The notes: generated by a model from the letters alone, not told the origin. DNA of 64,000 bases from an uncultured Oscillospiraceae bacterium (GCA_944385415.1 CALWXC010000008.1:36446-100445); one strand, 5' to 3'; shown: positions 36,815 through 47,876, counted from the stretch's first letter. Numbers and translations: made by a program.

Positions 36815-38284
36815 ATGGGAAAATCCACCGGATTTCTGGAATTTGAGCGGCGGGAGGACGGCGCGGAAGCGCCCAAGAGCCGCGTAAAGCACTGGGGGGA
36901 GTTCCATCGGACCCTTCCCAAAGAGGACCGCATGGAGCAGGGCGGCCGCTGTATGAACTGCGGCGTCCCGTTCTGCCAGAGCGGCGTCAGCTACGGCGGC
37001 GACGTCTTCGGCTGCCCCCTGCACAATCTGATTCCCGAATGGAACGACATGCTGTGGAGCGACAACTTCGGCCACGCCTTGTCGCGGCTGCTGAAACAGA
37101 ACAATTTCCCGGAGTTTACGGGCCGGGTCTGTCCGGCGCTGTGCGAGCAGGCCTGTACCTGCGCCGTGGCGGGGAAGCCCGCCGTCACGGTCCGGGAAAA
37201 TGAGCTGGGCATCATTGAGGACGGCTTCGCCAATGGCCGCATGGTCCCCAATGTGCCAAAGGTCCATTCCGGCTGTAAGGTGGCCATTGTGGGCTCCGGA
37301 CCGGCGGGCCTGGCCTGTGCCGACCAGCTGAACCACCGGGGCCACAGCGTCACGGTCTTCGAGCGGGAGGACCGGGTGGGCGGTCTGCTGACCTACGGCA
37401 TCCCCAATATGAAGCTGGACAAGGACATTGTGGACCGCCGGGTGCGGCTCATGCGGTTTGAGGGCGTGGAGTTCCGCACCAACAGCCCCATTGTGACCAA
37501 AGAGGACGCGGAAAAGCTGCTGGCCGACTACGACGCGGTGGTACTGGCCTGCGGCGCGGAACAGCCCCGGCCCTATGCCGCCGCTTCCACGGACATTCCC
37601 GGCGTCAGCTTCGCCGTACCCTATCTGAAAGCGGCCACCAAAACGCTGCTGGACGGCGTGGAGAACCCGCTGGACGCCAAAGACAAGCATGTGGTCATCA
37701 TCGGCGCGGGCTATACCAGTTCCGACTGTGTGGCCACAGCCATCCGTCAGGGCTGCGCTTCGGTGACCCAGATTATCCGCAAGCCCGCCGAACTGGCCCG
37801 CCAGCGGAAAGGGCTGTGGGGCAAACTGCCGGAGGAGCACGACTACGCCATTGAGGAGGCCGTGGCCGTCTTCGGTACGGACCCGCGCCAATATGAGACC
37901 GTGCTGACCGGCACGGTGACGGACGAGGAAACGGGCGTGTTAAAGGCCGTAAAAATCGTGGATGTCCAGTGGATTCGGGTGGACGGTATTGTGATGATGG
38001 AGGAGCTGACGGAGACGGAGCGGGAGATTCCCGCCGACCTGCTGCTCATTGCCAACGGTTTTTCCGGCTGTGATACCACGGTGCTGGACGCCTTCGGTCT
38101 GGAGCCGGACAGCCGCGGCAACCTGTGCCTGGAGGGGCAGGATTCCCATGCCACGGCCAGAGAGGGTGTGTTCACCGCCGGCGATATGCGCCGGGGTGCG
38201 TCGCTGGTGGTGTGGGCCATTGCAGAGGGCCGCGCCACGGCCCGGGATGTGGACGAATATCTGACCGGTTACCGGAGCCTTTGA
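36815..38284 (+). CDS. gltD: Glutamate synthase small subunit
   Basis: RCMNCGVPFC, GCPLHNLIPEWN, NNFPEFTGRVCPALCE, GSGPAGL, GDMRRGASLVVWAIAEGR. Confidence 0.95.
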   Translation: MGKSTGFLEFERREDGAEAPKSRVKHWGEFHRTLPKEDRMEQGGRCMNCGVPFCQSGVSYGGDVFGCPLHNLIPEWNDMLWSDNFGHALSRLLKQNNFPEFTGRVCPALCEQACTCAVAGKPAVTVRENELGIIEDGFANGRMVPNVPKVHSGCKVAIVGSGPAGLACADQLNHRGHSVTVFEREDRVGGLLTYGIPNMKLDKDIVDRRVRLMRFEGVEFRTNSPIVTKEDAEKLLADYDAVVLACGAEQPRPYAAASTDIPGVSFAVPYLKAATKTLLDGVENPLDAKDKHVVIIGAGYTSSDCVATAIRQGCASVTQIIRKPAELARQRKGLWGKLPEEHDYAIEEAVAVFGTDPRQYETVLTGTVTDEETGVLKAVKIVDVQWIRVDGIVMMEELTETEREIPADLLLIANGFSGCDTTVLDAFGLEPDSRGNLCLEGQDSHATAREGVFTAGDMRRGASLVVWAIAEGRATARDVDEYLTGYRSL

Positions 38285-38292
38285 AAAAAATA

Positions 38293-38329
38293 ACCGCCGC
38301 CGCAGGTGCAACTTGCGGCGGCGCTTTTT
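38293..38329 (+). terminator. Terminator of gltBD overlapping the promoter of the ECF sigma gene
   Basis: GCCGCCGCAG-gtgcaac-TTGCGGCGGC followed by GCTTTTT. Confidence 0.6.
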
Positions 38330-38376
38330 CGTGTTATACTGTAGAGGACATCAAAACGAAAAAGGAGGTGGCCGCC

Positions 38377-38937
38377 GTGGAGGATGAGGCCATCATTGAC
38401 CTGTACTGGCAGCGGGATGAGGAAGCCCTGCGCCAGAGCGACAAAAAGTACGGCGCGTTCTGCCGTCAGATTGCCCTGCGGATTGTGGGGATTCTGGAGG
38501 ATGCGGAGGAGTGCGTCAATGACACCTGGCTGCGGGCCTGGGAAGCCATGCCGCCGTCGCGGCCCTGCCCCCTGCGGGCGTTCCTGGGCCGAATCACGAG
38601 AAATCTTTCACTGGACCGGTATCGGGCCGGGCGGGCCCAGAAGCGGGGAGGCGGTACCATGGATGTATTGCTGGAGGAACTGACCCATTGTCTGCCGTCC
38701 ACCGAATCGGTGGAGGGACAGTACGATGCCAATGAGACGGCGGCGGTCATCAATCGCTTTCTGGCGGAGCTGCCGCCGGAGAAACGGCAGATGTTTCTGC
38801 GCCGGTACTGGTTTGGCGACAGCGTGGAGGAGATTGCCGGACGGTTTGCCATGCGGCCCGGCACAGTCAAATCCAGTCTCCACCGGCTGCGTCAACGGCT
38901 GCGGGAGACGCTGGAAAAAGAGGGGGTGGCCGTATGA
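38377..38937 (+). CDS. ECF RNA polymerase sigma factor
   Basis: DAEECVNDTWLRAW, FLGRITRNLSLD, region 4 FLRRYWFGDSVEEIA..GTVKSSLHRLRQRL. GTG after AAGGAGGT. Confidence 0.92.
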   Translation: MEDEAIIDLYWQRDEEALRQSDKKYGAFCRQIALRIVGILEDAEECVNDTWLRAWEAMPPSRPCPLRAFLGRITRNLSLDRYRAGRAQKRGGGTMDVLLEELTHCLPSTESVEGQYDANETAAVINRFLAELPPEKRQMFLRRYWFGDSVEEIAGRFAMRPGTVKSSLHRLRQRLRETLEKEGVAV

Positions 38938-39653
38938 GCCGGGCGGAAAAGCTGTTTGAGGCCATCGGTCTGGTGGATGATGCGTACATCGAAGAGGCCG
39001 CCGACGCCCAGGTGGTGCGGACCCCGTCCCAGTGGCAGCGCTGGGGCACGTTGGCGGCCACACTGGTTCTGGTGGCGGGCCTGGGCCTGGCGGCTACCAC
39101 CCAGCTGCGGGGCTGCGGCTCCAAGAGCATGACCGCCGATACAGCGGCGCCGGAGAGCGGCATGGCGCAGGAGAGTACCACCGCCGACAGTGCATCCGAT
39201 AACGTCACGGGCGGCAGTGCGGAAAGCGCGACTGGCGAGGACAAGGGCGACGGCGCTTCCGACGGAACGGACAATGGTATGGCCCTGCCCACCGACGCAA
39301 TCGGTACGGAACTGGCGGTATTGACGATATCGGACGGCGCATGGACCGTGGACCGTCACACGGCAGTGGAGGCGGCGGAACAGGTCACAGTGACCGACAC
39401 TTATTTGGTGACCAACAATGGCGGCGCGGACCAGGAGCTGGAAGCGCAGATTGTGGCTCCCGGTGAGACGGTGGAACTCGACATGGTGACCACCAGCACC
39501 GAGACGGAGTTGGTACTGATGCCGGTGGAGAATGTGACGCCGGGCGTGTGGACTGTCACAGTTACCGCCGCCGACGGCTACGAAGTGGAAGGGCTGACAG
39601 AGGGTGAACTGTCCTGGGAGAGCCACGCTTTTACCGTGTCTCAGCCGGAATAG
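38934..39653 (+). CDS. Putative membrane anti-sigma factor
   Basis: ATGA overlap with the ECF gene, N-terminal LFEAIGLVDDAYIEEA, one TM helix, acidic extracytoplasmic domain. Confidence 0.65.
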   Translation: MSRAEKLFEAIGLVDDAYIEEAADAQVVRTPSQWQRWGTLAATLVLVAGLGLAATTQLRGCGSKSMTADTAAPESGMAQESTTADSASDNVTGGSAESATGEDKGDGASDGTDNGMALPTDAIGTELAVLTISDGAWTVDRHTAVEAAEQVTVTDTYLVTNNGGADQELEAQIVAPGETVELDMVTTSTETELVLMPVENVTPGVWTVTVTAADGYEVEGLTEGELSWESHAFTVSQPE

Positions 39654-39741
39654 ATAAAAGTTTTACTCGATTTTTTCAAAAAATCGCAGGGGTCCAGGGG
39701 GCAGCGCCCCCGGTCGCGCCGCGCACGGCGCGAAATCTCCC
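39654..39741 (-). repeat. Short copy of the dispersed element, reverse orientation
   Basis: Reverse complement of 21344-21426 with few differences; begins directly after the TAG of the anti-sigma gene. Confidence 0.85.
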
Positions 39742-39797
39742 AATCGGCCCCCAGTTGCCGTCCCTTGCAGGGCGGCAGCCGGGGGCGTTCTTCCGTC

Positions 39798-39826
39798 TTG
39801 CCACCCTGCCGTCTTTTTGGTATACT
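39798..39826 (+). promoter_or_regulatory. SigA promoter of the acetate kinase-like gene
   Basis: TTGCCA-17bp-TATACT. Confidence 0.75.
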
Positions 39827-39860
39827 GTACCCATCATTTTACCGAAAAAGGAGTGGTCCT

Positions 39861-41051
39861 ATGAAGCTACTGATCTGCAATGTGGGCAGCACGTCCCTCA
39901 AATACCAGCTCTTCGACATGGACAACGGCGAACAGGTTCTGGCCAGCGGCGGCGCCGAACGGGTCGGCACCGAGAAAAGCGAATTCTATTGGAAAAACCT
40001 TGTGAACGGCACCGAGGGCCGGGAATCGAACCACTTTCCCACCCATAAGGAAGCCATCAGCCGGATGCTGGAGGCGCTGCTGGATGGCGTTCTTGCCAAG
40101 CTGGAGGACCTGGGCTGTGTGGGCTTCAAGGTGGTCCACGCCAAAGGCGTTTCCGGCGTCCAATATCTGACGGAGGACGTTCTGGAGGCCATGGCCGCGT
40201 TCAACACCGTGGCCCCGGCCCACAATCCCCCCTATATTGCCGCCATCCGGCAGTTCCGGGAGCTGCTGCCCCATACGCCCCTCATCGGTTCCTTTGAGAC
40301 GGCGTTCCATCAGACGCTGCCCCCCAAAGCCTATCTCTATTCCATTCCGGCGGAATTGGCCCGGAAGGAGGGTATCCGCCGATACGGCTTCCACGGCGCG
40401 TCCCTGGAATATCTGTCCACCTGGGCGGCGAAGGAGCTGGGCCGTACCAATTGCAAGCTCATCTGCTGCCACCTGGGCGGCAGCAGCTCCATCTGTGCCG
40501 TGGAAAACGGGAAAAGCGTGGACACCAATCTGGGCATTGGCCTGCAATGCGGCGTGATGCACAACAACCGCATCGGCGATATGGACCCCTATGTGATTTT
40601 CCATCTGGTGGAAGCCTGCGGCATGGAGCTGAGCGAGGTCAAAACCATGCTCCAGAAGCAGAGCGGTTTTCTCGGAATGTCCGGCGGCGTCTCCGGCGAT
40701 CTGCGGGACGTGGAGGAGGCGGCAGCCGCCGGCAATGTGGATTGCCGCAACGCATTGGACAGCTATTGCTATAACATTAAAAAATATATCGGCGCGTATA
40801 CGGCGGCCATGGGCGGCGTGGATGCCATTGTGTTCGGCGGCGGTATCGGTCGTAACGGTAAGACGGTCCGGGCCGGGGCGTTGGGGAATCTCCAGTGTTT
40901 GGGCATCCATCTGGACCCGGCCAAGAATGAAACGGCTGTGGGCGGACAGGATATCTCTGTGGACGGCAGCCCGGTGCGGATTTATGTGGTGGATACCAAC
41001 GAGGAAATCATCGTGGCCCGTAAAGCCAAAGCACTGCTGGAATCCCGCTAA
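39861..41051 (+). CDS. Acetate/propionate kinase family protein, divergent paralogue
   Basis: CNVGSTSLKY, APAHNP, RRYGFHG, HLG, DLRD, TNEE; but GFKVVH and FETAFH replace GHRVVH and FDTAFH. Confidence 0.85.
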   Translation: MKLLICNVGSTSLKYQLFDMDNGEQVLASGGAERVGTEKSEFYWKNLVNGTEGRESNHFPTHKEAISRMLEALLDGVLAKLEDLGCVGFKVVHAKGVSGVQYLTEDVLEAMAAFNTVAPAHNPPYIAAIRQFRELLPHTPLIGSFETAFHQTLPPKAYLYSIPAELARKEGIRRYGFHGASLEYLSTWAAKELGRTNCKLICCHLGGSSSICAVENGKSVDTNLGIGLQCGVMHNNRIGDMDPYVIFHLVEACGMELSEVKTMLQKQSGFLGMSGGVSGDLRDVEEAAAAGNVDCRNALDSYCYNIKKYIGAYTAAMGGVDAIVFGGGIGRNGKTVRAGALGNLQCLGIHLDPAKNETAVGGQDISVDGSPVRIYVVDTNEEIIVARKAKALLESR

Positions 41052-41054
41052 ATA

Positions 41055-41092
41055 CAAGGGCGTGTTGCAAAATTCATTGCAACACGCCCTTG
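41055..41092. terminator. Palindrome between the convergent kinase and larE genes
   Basis: CAAGGGCGTGTTGCAA-aattca-TTGCAACACGCCCTTG, 16-bp perfect arms. Confidence 0.7.
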
Positions 41093-41145
41093 TTCGCAGT
41101 ATGGTGGTAACGGGAAAATGTTTATGATTTGGTGCGCAGCAAGGT

Positions 41146-42327
41146 TTAAAGATGCAACGTCTTTCGGACCTCTGCTAAGGTACAATTCTGCTCCATGGCC
41201 CGCGCTGCCAGGTCGTCAAATTCCGCCTTTTCCTTGGCGATTCCATCGCCGCCGGCACATTTGACCCGGATGCCGTCCCGCTGCGTCACGGTACGGTGCA
41301 GCATCGTCCGTCCACAGTCCCGCCGCCGGACCCCCAGGGTTGTGGTATGGCGCAGCATCAGCCGCGTAAACTCTTCGACCCGCTGGACAGGGCACAAACA
41401 CGTCAGCAGCACCGCGGGCCGGTTCTTTTTCATATAGATGGGAGCCGTCCACACATCCAGCGCCCCGGCGTCCAGCAGCCGCGACGACGCAAAGGCGATG
41501 TCTTCTCCAGTCATATCGTCCAGATTGCATTGCAGCTCCGCCACCGCGTCATGCAGGAAACTGTCCGCAATTTGTACCGATGATTGCCGGGGCGTCAAGT
41601 CCAGAGACACCGTCCCCACCAGAGGCGACAGCGTTTCCACCAGTGTTTCCCGTTGGGAAAGGGCCCGGAACAGCTGCGGTTCCGTCAGTTCCAGACGGCA
41701 GCCCTCTGCCGTCAGCCGCACCCGGAAGTCGGAAAAGCCCAGCGCCGTCACCGCCGCCTCGGCACGGGCCACCCGGTCCAGGGCCGCCGCCGTAATGGGC
41801 GTATGGGTGGGGATACGGGTGGCCAGACAGGCAGCGGCGGGCTTGTCCCAGGTGGGCAGACCGGCTTCCCGGGACAGCCGCCGAAGCTCTGGTTTTGTCA
41901 GACCGCAGAGCCGCAGCGGCGACAGGACCCCCAATTCCTGCAATGCCTGCCAGCCGGGCCGGTCGTCCACATCGTCGGAAGCGTTGGTACCCTCCAGCAC
42001 GACGCCGCAGCCGTCGGCGGCAGCCTGGGAAAGAATGGCGGTGAAAATAGCCTTTTTACAGAAGTAGCAGCGCCGGGGCCCGTTGGCGGCCACACCGTCC
42101 TGGGCCAGCGCGTCCAGACGGATCACCCGCAGAGGGACCGAAAGGGACTCCGCCAGCTGTTGGGCGTCTGCATCTTCGGCGTCGGTCTGAAACGAGGTTT
42201 TGACATAGTAGGCCGTGGGCTGTGCGCCCCAGCGGACGGCGCTCCACAGCAGAAACGCCGAGTCGGCGCCGCCGGAAAAGGCAACGGCGGGGCGGGGATG
42301 GGCGGAAAAGAAGTCGCGCAGGTCCAT
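41146..42327 (-). CDS. larE: Fusion: LarE-family sulfur transferase plus LarC C-terminal (LarC2-like) domain
   Basis: PP-loop AFSGGADS, RCYFCK, EGTNASDDVDDRPG, WDKPAAACLATRIP, GFSDFRVR; then CNLDDMTGE, DVWTAPIYMKKNRPA, TTTLGVR, KAEFDD. RBS AGGAGG; promoter TTGCGC-17-TATGAT at 42387-42359. Confidence 0.85.
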   Translation of the reverse strand: MDLRDFFSAHPRPAVAFSGGADSAFLLWSAVRWGAQPTAYYVKTSFQTDAEDADAQQLAESLSVPLRVIRLDALAQDGVAANGPRRCYFCKKAIFTAILSQAAADGCGVVLEGTNASDDVDDRPGWQALQELGVLSPLRLCGLTKPELRRLSREAGLPTWDKPAAACLATRIPTHTPITAAALDRVARAEAAVTALGFSDFRVRLTAEGCRLELTEPQLFRALSQRETLVETLSPLVGTVSLDLTPRQSSVQIADSFLHDAVAELQCNLDDMTGEDIAFASSRLLDAGALDVWTAPIYMKKNRPAVLLTCLCPVQRVEEFTRLMLRHTTTLGVRRRDCGRTMLHRTVTQRDGIRVKCAGGDGIAKEKAEFDDLAARAMEQNCTLAEVRKTLHL

Positions 42328-42515
42328 GGGGAATCCTCCTGAAATTGAAGTTACCGCCATCATACCACGACAAAGACCACAGCGCAAGACAGGGAAAAGT
42401 TATCAAAACCACAGTTTGTCAACGGAACTTCTTCCATTTAAAGCTAAAAAAACAGAATAAAACGCTTGGAAATTGTATACATTCCACAAGACCGGCGGGA
42501 ATTTAGCGATAGTCC

Positions 42516-42543
42516 TTGACGCAACTGGGAGAACTGCTATAAT
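42516..42543 (+). promoter_or_regulatory. SigA promoter of the atp operon
   Basis: TTGACG-16bp-TATAAT with TG extension. Confidence 0.75.
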
Positions 42544-42611
42544 AATTGGTATCATCGAAAACGCGGTGCGGCAGTTAAAAGACAGCTGCGGCAGGGAGGA
42601 GGCGGCGCGTT

Positions 42612-42875
42612 TTGCAACCTTGGTTCCGAACGCTGCGCAACCTCACCTGGCTGACCCAGCTGGGCTTTTCCCTGGTGGCGCCGCCGATTTTGTGCGTCGG
42701 CGGCTGCTGGTGGTTGCAGCAGCGGTTTTCCATGGGCGGATGGATTGTGGTCGTGGGTCTGATTCTGGGCCTGGGCGGCTCGGTCAGTACGGCGATAGGC
42801 TTCTATCGCCACGCTTGCCGGCAGTCCCAAAAGAATCAGAAACAACGGCCCGATGCATTCAATACCCATAAGTAG
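42612..42875 (+). CDS. AtpZ/AtpI-family (ATPase gene 1) membrane protein
   Basis: LTQLGFSLVAPPILC..GLILGLGGS, two TM helices, first gene of the atp operon. TTG after GGAGGAGG. Confidence 0.75.
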   Translation: MQPWFRTLRNLTWLTQLGFSLVAPPILCVGGCWWLQQRFSMGGWIVVVGLILGLGGSVSTAIGFYRHACRQSQKNQKQRPDAFNTHK

Positions 42876-42893
42876 GCAGGAGGGATCGTTATA

Positions 42894-43307
42894 GTGCATT
42901 TACAGCCTGCGACACGCAGGGAGATCAAGCGCATTTCCACCGGTGTGCTCCTGGGCAGCGCATTGATGGTGGCGGTGTTTGCCGTCCTGGACCGGTTCTC
43001 GTGGCCGGTGCTCTGGGGCGCACTGCTGGGCGACGCTGTGGCCATCGGCAACTTTGTGTTTTTGGGCATCAGCGTCCAGAAGGCCGCTGCCGCCGAGGCG
43101 CTCCGGGCCCGTCAGATCATGCAGTTCACCTATTCGCTGCGCATGCTGATCGTGGTGGCAGCCTTGGCATTGTCCATGGCTGTGGAGGTGTTCTACTGGT
43201 TGGCTGTGCTGATTCCGCTGCTGCTGCCGCGCATCACCATTTTGGTGTTGCAGATCACCGGCGCCTACAAGCCCGACAAGGGCGCCAACGAAGCGAAGGG
43301 GGAATGA
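42894..43307 (+). CDS. atpI: ATP synthase subunit I
   Basis: Four TM helices, GNFVFL, YSLRML; immediately upstream of atpB. Confidence 0.75.
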   Translation: MHLQPATRREIKRISTGVLLGSALMVAVFAVLDRFSWPVLWGALLGDAVAIGNFVFLGISVQKAAAAEALRARQIMQFTYSLRMLIVVAALALSMAVEVFYWLAVLIPLLLPRITILVLQITGAYKPDKGANEAKGE

Positions 43308-43314
43308 GATTGCA

Positions 43315-44055
43315 ATGAATGTAGAAATCAACGGCGCACCCATATACTTTGAACTCTTTGGCTGCATCCCCATTACAGCCACCATGGTGGTCTCGTGGGT
43401 CATCATGATTATCCTCACGGGCCTGTGCATCTGGCTCACCAGAGATCTCAAGGTACAGAACGTGTCCAAGCGCCAAGCCGTGGCGGAATTCCTAGTCAAG
43501 ACGGCGGAGAAATTCGTCAACACCAACATGGGACCAAAATTTGCCCACTATGTGCCGTTTGTGGCGGCGCTGTTCTGCCTGTCGGTGTTTTCCAGCCTGT
43601 CCAGTCTGATCGGCTGCTTCTCACCCACGGCGGACCTGTCCACCACCCTGGCCTGGGCCATTGTGGTCTTTATCATGATCACCGCCACCAAAATCCGCAC
43701 CGGCGGCCTGGGCGGTTATCTGCTGGGCTTCACCAAGCCCATTCCGGTGCTGACGCCCTTCAACGTCATCTCTGAGTGCGCCACGCCCATTTCCATGGCG
43801 TTCCGTCACTTCGGCAACATCGTCTCCGGTATGGTCATCTCCACGCTGGTCTATGCGGCGCTGACCGTGGCCAACCAGGCCCTCTTCGGCCTGCTGCCGG
43901 GCCTGCTGGGCGATATCCTGGGAAGCATTCCCTTCCTGACGGTGGGCGTTCCGGCGTTCCTGTCCCTGTATTTTGACTGGTTCTCCAGCTTTATGCAGGC
44001 CTTTATCTTCTGCATGCTGACGACGCTGTATATCGCCAACGCCGCGGAAGAGTGA
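43315..44055 (+). CDS. atpB: F0 ATP synthase subunit a
   Basis: PTADLSTTLA, ISMAFRHFGN, MQAFIFCMLT. Confidence 0.93.
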   Translation: MNVEINGAPIYFELFGCIPITATMVVSWVIMIILTGLCIWLTRDLKVQNVSKRQAVAEFLVKTAEKFVNTNMGPKFAHYVPFVAALFCLSVFSSLSSLIGCFSPTADLSTTLAWAIVVFIMITATKIRTGGLGGYLLGFTKPIPVLTPFNVISECATPISMAFRHFGNIVSGMVISTLVYAALTVANQALFGLLPGLLGDILGSIPFLTVGVPAFLSLYFDWFSSFMQAFIFCMLTTLYIANAAEE

Positions 44056-44075
44056 TTCCTTTTATCAATCCTTAA

Positions 44076-44369
<294 letters not shown>

Positions 44370-44405
44370 TTCGGGTTTGCCCATCAATCGGAGAGGAGGG
44401 AACGC

Positions 44406-44909
44406 ATGGATTTTCAGTCCCTGGTAACCGTTGCGCCCTGGACCTTTATCGCGCAGATCTGCAATCTGTTTATTCAGGCGTATCTGTTTAAGAGATTCCT
44501 GTTTAAACCCATTCAGAACATCATCCGCCAGCGGCAGGAGCAGGTCAACAAGATCTATGACGATGCCGCCGAGGCGCAGAAGAGCGCCGAGGCCGACAAG
44601 GCCACCTATGAAAAGCTCCTGGCCGACGCCCGCGGCGAGGCCGCCGAGCTGGTGCGCACCGCCACGGTCACGGCCCAGCAGCGCGGCGAGGAAATCGTCC
44701 GCCAGGCCAAGCAGGAGGTCGGCCATCTCAAGGAGAAGGCCGAGGCCGAGATTGCGCAGGAGCGGAAGAAGGCCCGCAACGAGGTGAAGAACGAGATTTC
44801 CGGCATTGCCATGGAGATTGCCTCCAAGGTAGTTGAGCGGGAGATCAACGAAAAGGACCACCGGGATCTGGTGGAGGAATTCATCGAGAAAATGGGTGAG
44901 AAAGCATGA
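44406..44909 (+). CDS. atpF: F0 ATP synthase subunit b
   Basis: N-terminal TM (QICNLFI..FLFKPI) followed by a long coiled coil. Confidence 0.92.
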   Translation: MDFQSLVTVAPWTFIAQICNLFIQAYLFKRFLFKPIQNIIRQRQEQVNKIYDDAAEAQKSAEADKATYEKLLADARGEAAELVRTATVTAQQRGEEIVRQAKQEVGHLKEKAEAEIAQERKKARNEVKNEISGIAMEIASKVVEREINEKDHRDLVEEFIEKMGEKA

Positions 44910-45445
44910 CCCAGACAGCCAGAACTTACGGCGAGGCCCTCTATGAGCTGGCACTGGAGGAAGGTCTGACCGCGCAGCTGCAGGAGCAGCTGGCCGCGGT
45001 GGCCGCCATTCTGCGGGAGAATCCCCAGTATGTGCGGCTTCTGAGCCTGCCGTCCCTGCCCAAGGCCGAGCGCTGTGCCGCGCTGGACGAGAGCTTCGGC
45101 CCCCAGGTCCACCCGTATCTTCTCAACTTTATGAAGATCCTCACGGAAAACGGCACCATCCGCCAGCTGCCCGGCTGCGAGGAGGCCTACCGCCGCCGCT
45201 TCAATGAGGACAACGGTATCCTGGAAGTCACCGCCGTTACGGCTGTGGCCTTGCAGGAGGACCTGAAAGAAAAGCTCCAGGCTGCACTGGAGCGCCGCAC
45301 CGGCAAGACCATCCATCTGACCACTCGGGTGGACGAGCGTTTGCTGGGCGGCGTGCGCCTGGAAACCGAGGGCCTGCGCCTGGACGGTACCGTTCGCAAC
45401 CGTCTGGACGAGCTCCAGGCTCTGCTCCGGGGCGCCGCCCTGTAA
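44906..45445 (+). CDS. atpH: F1 ATP synthase subunit delta
   Basis: YGEALYELA, VTAVAL, VDERLLGG, LDGTVRNRL. Confidence 0.92.
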   Translation: MTQTARTYGEALYELALEEGLTAQLQEQLAAVAAILRENPQYVRLLSLPSLPKAERCAALDESFGPQVHPYLLNFMKILTENGTIRQLPGCEEAYRRRFNEDNGILEVTAVTAVALQEDLKEKLQAALERRTGKTIHLTTRVDERLLGGVRLETEGLRLDGTVRNRLDELQALLRGAAL

Positions 45446-45502
45446 TTGTGAAAGAACGCTACAATCCGGCAGCGGCGCTGCCGGTGAGAAAGTAGGTAGA
45501 TC

Positions 45503-47017
<1,515 letters not shown>

Positions 47018-47030
47018 GGAGGAGTGAGAC

Positions 47031-47876
47031 ATGGCCGGAGTATCCATGAAGGATATCAAGCTGCGGATTCGCAGCATGGAGAGCACCAAGCAGATCACCA
47101 AGGCCATGGAGATGGTGGCTTCCTCCAAGCTGCGCCGCGCGCAGGAACGGGTGCTCACCAGCCGTCCTTACTTTGAAGCGCTCTACGAGACCGTCACCGG
47201 CATCGCCGCCGAAAACTGGGACTTCTCCTCGCCCTATGTCCAGGTGCGGGAGGAGGGCCCGGTCTGTGAAATTGTCATCGCCGGTGACCGCGGTCTGGCC
47301 GGCGGTTACAACCACAACGTCATCAAGCTGGCCCAGGAGGATGTCAAGGGCAAAGACGCCGCCATCCTGCCCGTGGGCAAGAAGGCCCTGGAGTATTTCC
47401 GCAGCCACGGCCATACGGTGATCTCCGACGCCTATGCAGAGGCTGCCGGACTCACCAGCGGCGACTGCTTCTCCCTGGCAAAGGCCATCTGCGACGGCTA
47501 CCGGACGGGCAAATATTCCGCTGTTCGGCTGGTGTATACCAGCTTCGTGTCGGTGCTGACCCAGACGCCCTATGTGCTGCCTCTGCTGCCCCTGCCGGCG
47601 CCGGAGAAGCATGAGAAGGCCCGGGAGCTGACCCTGTACGATCCCAGCATCGAAAGCGTGTTCAACGCCATCGTGCCGGAGTATCTGGGCGGCCTGATTT
47701 ACGGCGCCCTCTGCGAGTCTGTGGCCAGTGAGCTGGGGGCCCGCCGCACCGCCATGGACGCCGCCACCAAGAACGCGGAGGAAATGATCGACGATTTGAG
47801 CCTCAAGTACAACCGTGCCCGCCAGGGTGCCATCACCCAGGAGATCACGGAAATCGTCGCCGGCGCCGACGCGTGA
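47031..47876 (+). CDS. atpG: F1 ATP synthase subunit gamma
   Basis: KQITKAMEMVASSK, DRGLAGGYN, SELGARRTAM, YNRARQGAITQEITEI. Confidence 0.97.
   Translation: MAGVSMKDIKLRIRSMESTKQITKAMEMVASSKLRRAQERVLTSRPYFEALYETVTGIAAENWDFSSPYVQVREEGPVCEIVIAGDRGLAGGYNHNVIKLAQEDVKGKDAAILPVGKKALEYFRSHGHTVISDAYAEAAGLTSGDCFSLAKAICDGYRTGKYSAVRLVYTSFVSVLTQTPYVLPLLPLPAPEKHEKARELTLYDPSIESVFNAIVPEYLGGLIYGALCESVASELGARRTAMDAATKNAEEMIDDLSLKYNRARQGAITQEITEIVAGADA

Noticed and set aside
42467-42486. GntR-like TGTATACA palindrome upstream of the atp promoter (the same 8-mer occurs at 17355)
   Set aside because: Only an 8-bp core in AT-rich DNA, with no supporting regulator or conservation data.
42473-42871. Alternative 132-aa ORF upstream of atpI
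   Set aside because: It spans the promoter; the overlapping 42612-42875 frame has an RBS and an AtpZ-like two-TM pattern.
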